Assembly: GCF_006345805.1 (NCBI RefSeq)
Contig: NW_021834336.1
Location: 1 to 49,453 of the forward strand
Direction: 5' to 3'
Source of the DNA: Octopus sinensis
Lineage: Eukaryota
DNA: 49,453 nt
The notes under the pieces are model-generated. The model saw only the letters and a list, made by a program, of their open reading frames with translations. It searched no databases and was not told the DNA's origin. A program made the translations under genes and the position numbers. Positions 49,231 to 49,453 of the stretch are shown piece after piece (positions within the stretch are counted from its first letter, which is position 1; the number at the start of each line of letters is the position of its first letter).

Positions 49231-49453
49231 ATCGCCTTCACCAATCCAATTATTACATATATAATACATATATATTACATATATAAGACGTATATAATGC
49301 AAAAACACCCTGCAGCTTATTTTAAAATTTGTTCATACTGTGCGGCCCTATAGTGAACATTCTAAGGTTTGTACTGATCCGCGACCTAGAATACAGAACC
49401 AAATATATATGTTCGCAAGAGCCCAAACCTTTGTATATATAAAATGCGATTTC

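Overview
A repeat-dense, AT-rich eukaryotic non-coding window, most likely a cephalopod (octopus-type) intron or intergenic stretch. That assignment is inferred from the SINE families and microsatellite load, not proven. I found no credible intact host gene. Almost all long ORFs in the track come from (CA)n/(TA)n or triplet low-complexity blocks. The window holds about 40 copies or fragments of tRNA-headed SINEs built from shared head, core and tail modules. It also holds decayed DNA transposon remnants (mariner, two hAT transposase fragments, a Tigger-like end, a TA-flanked MITE), R4/Dong-like LINE remnants at (TAA)n, and two different Penelope-like (PLE) GIY-YIG endonuclease remnants. The main signal is a set of small microsatellite-anchored elements that look like MITEs but carry type I hammerhead ribozyme (HHR) motifs, with inverted (fold-back) or direct partial terminal duplications. 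One fold-back (27061-27360) has a centre matching, at 32 of 33 nt, a sequence about 1.9 kb upstream, with microhomology at both junctions. That donor lies in an unexplained two-level repeat (about 45-bp units inside about 400-bp units) that reads as a decayed Trp-rich peptide repeat. A tRNA-like Pol III unit between about 105-110-bp direct repeats (45301-45717) is also unexplained. All coordinates and alignments were done by eye.
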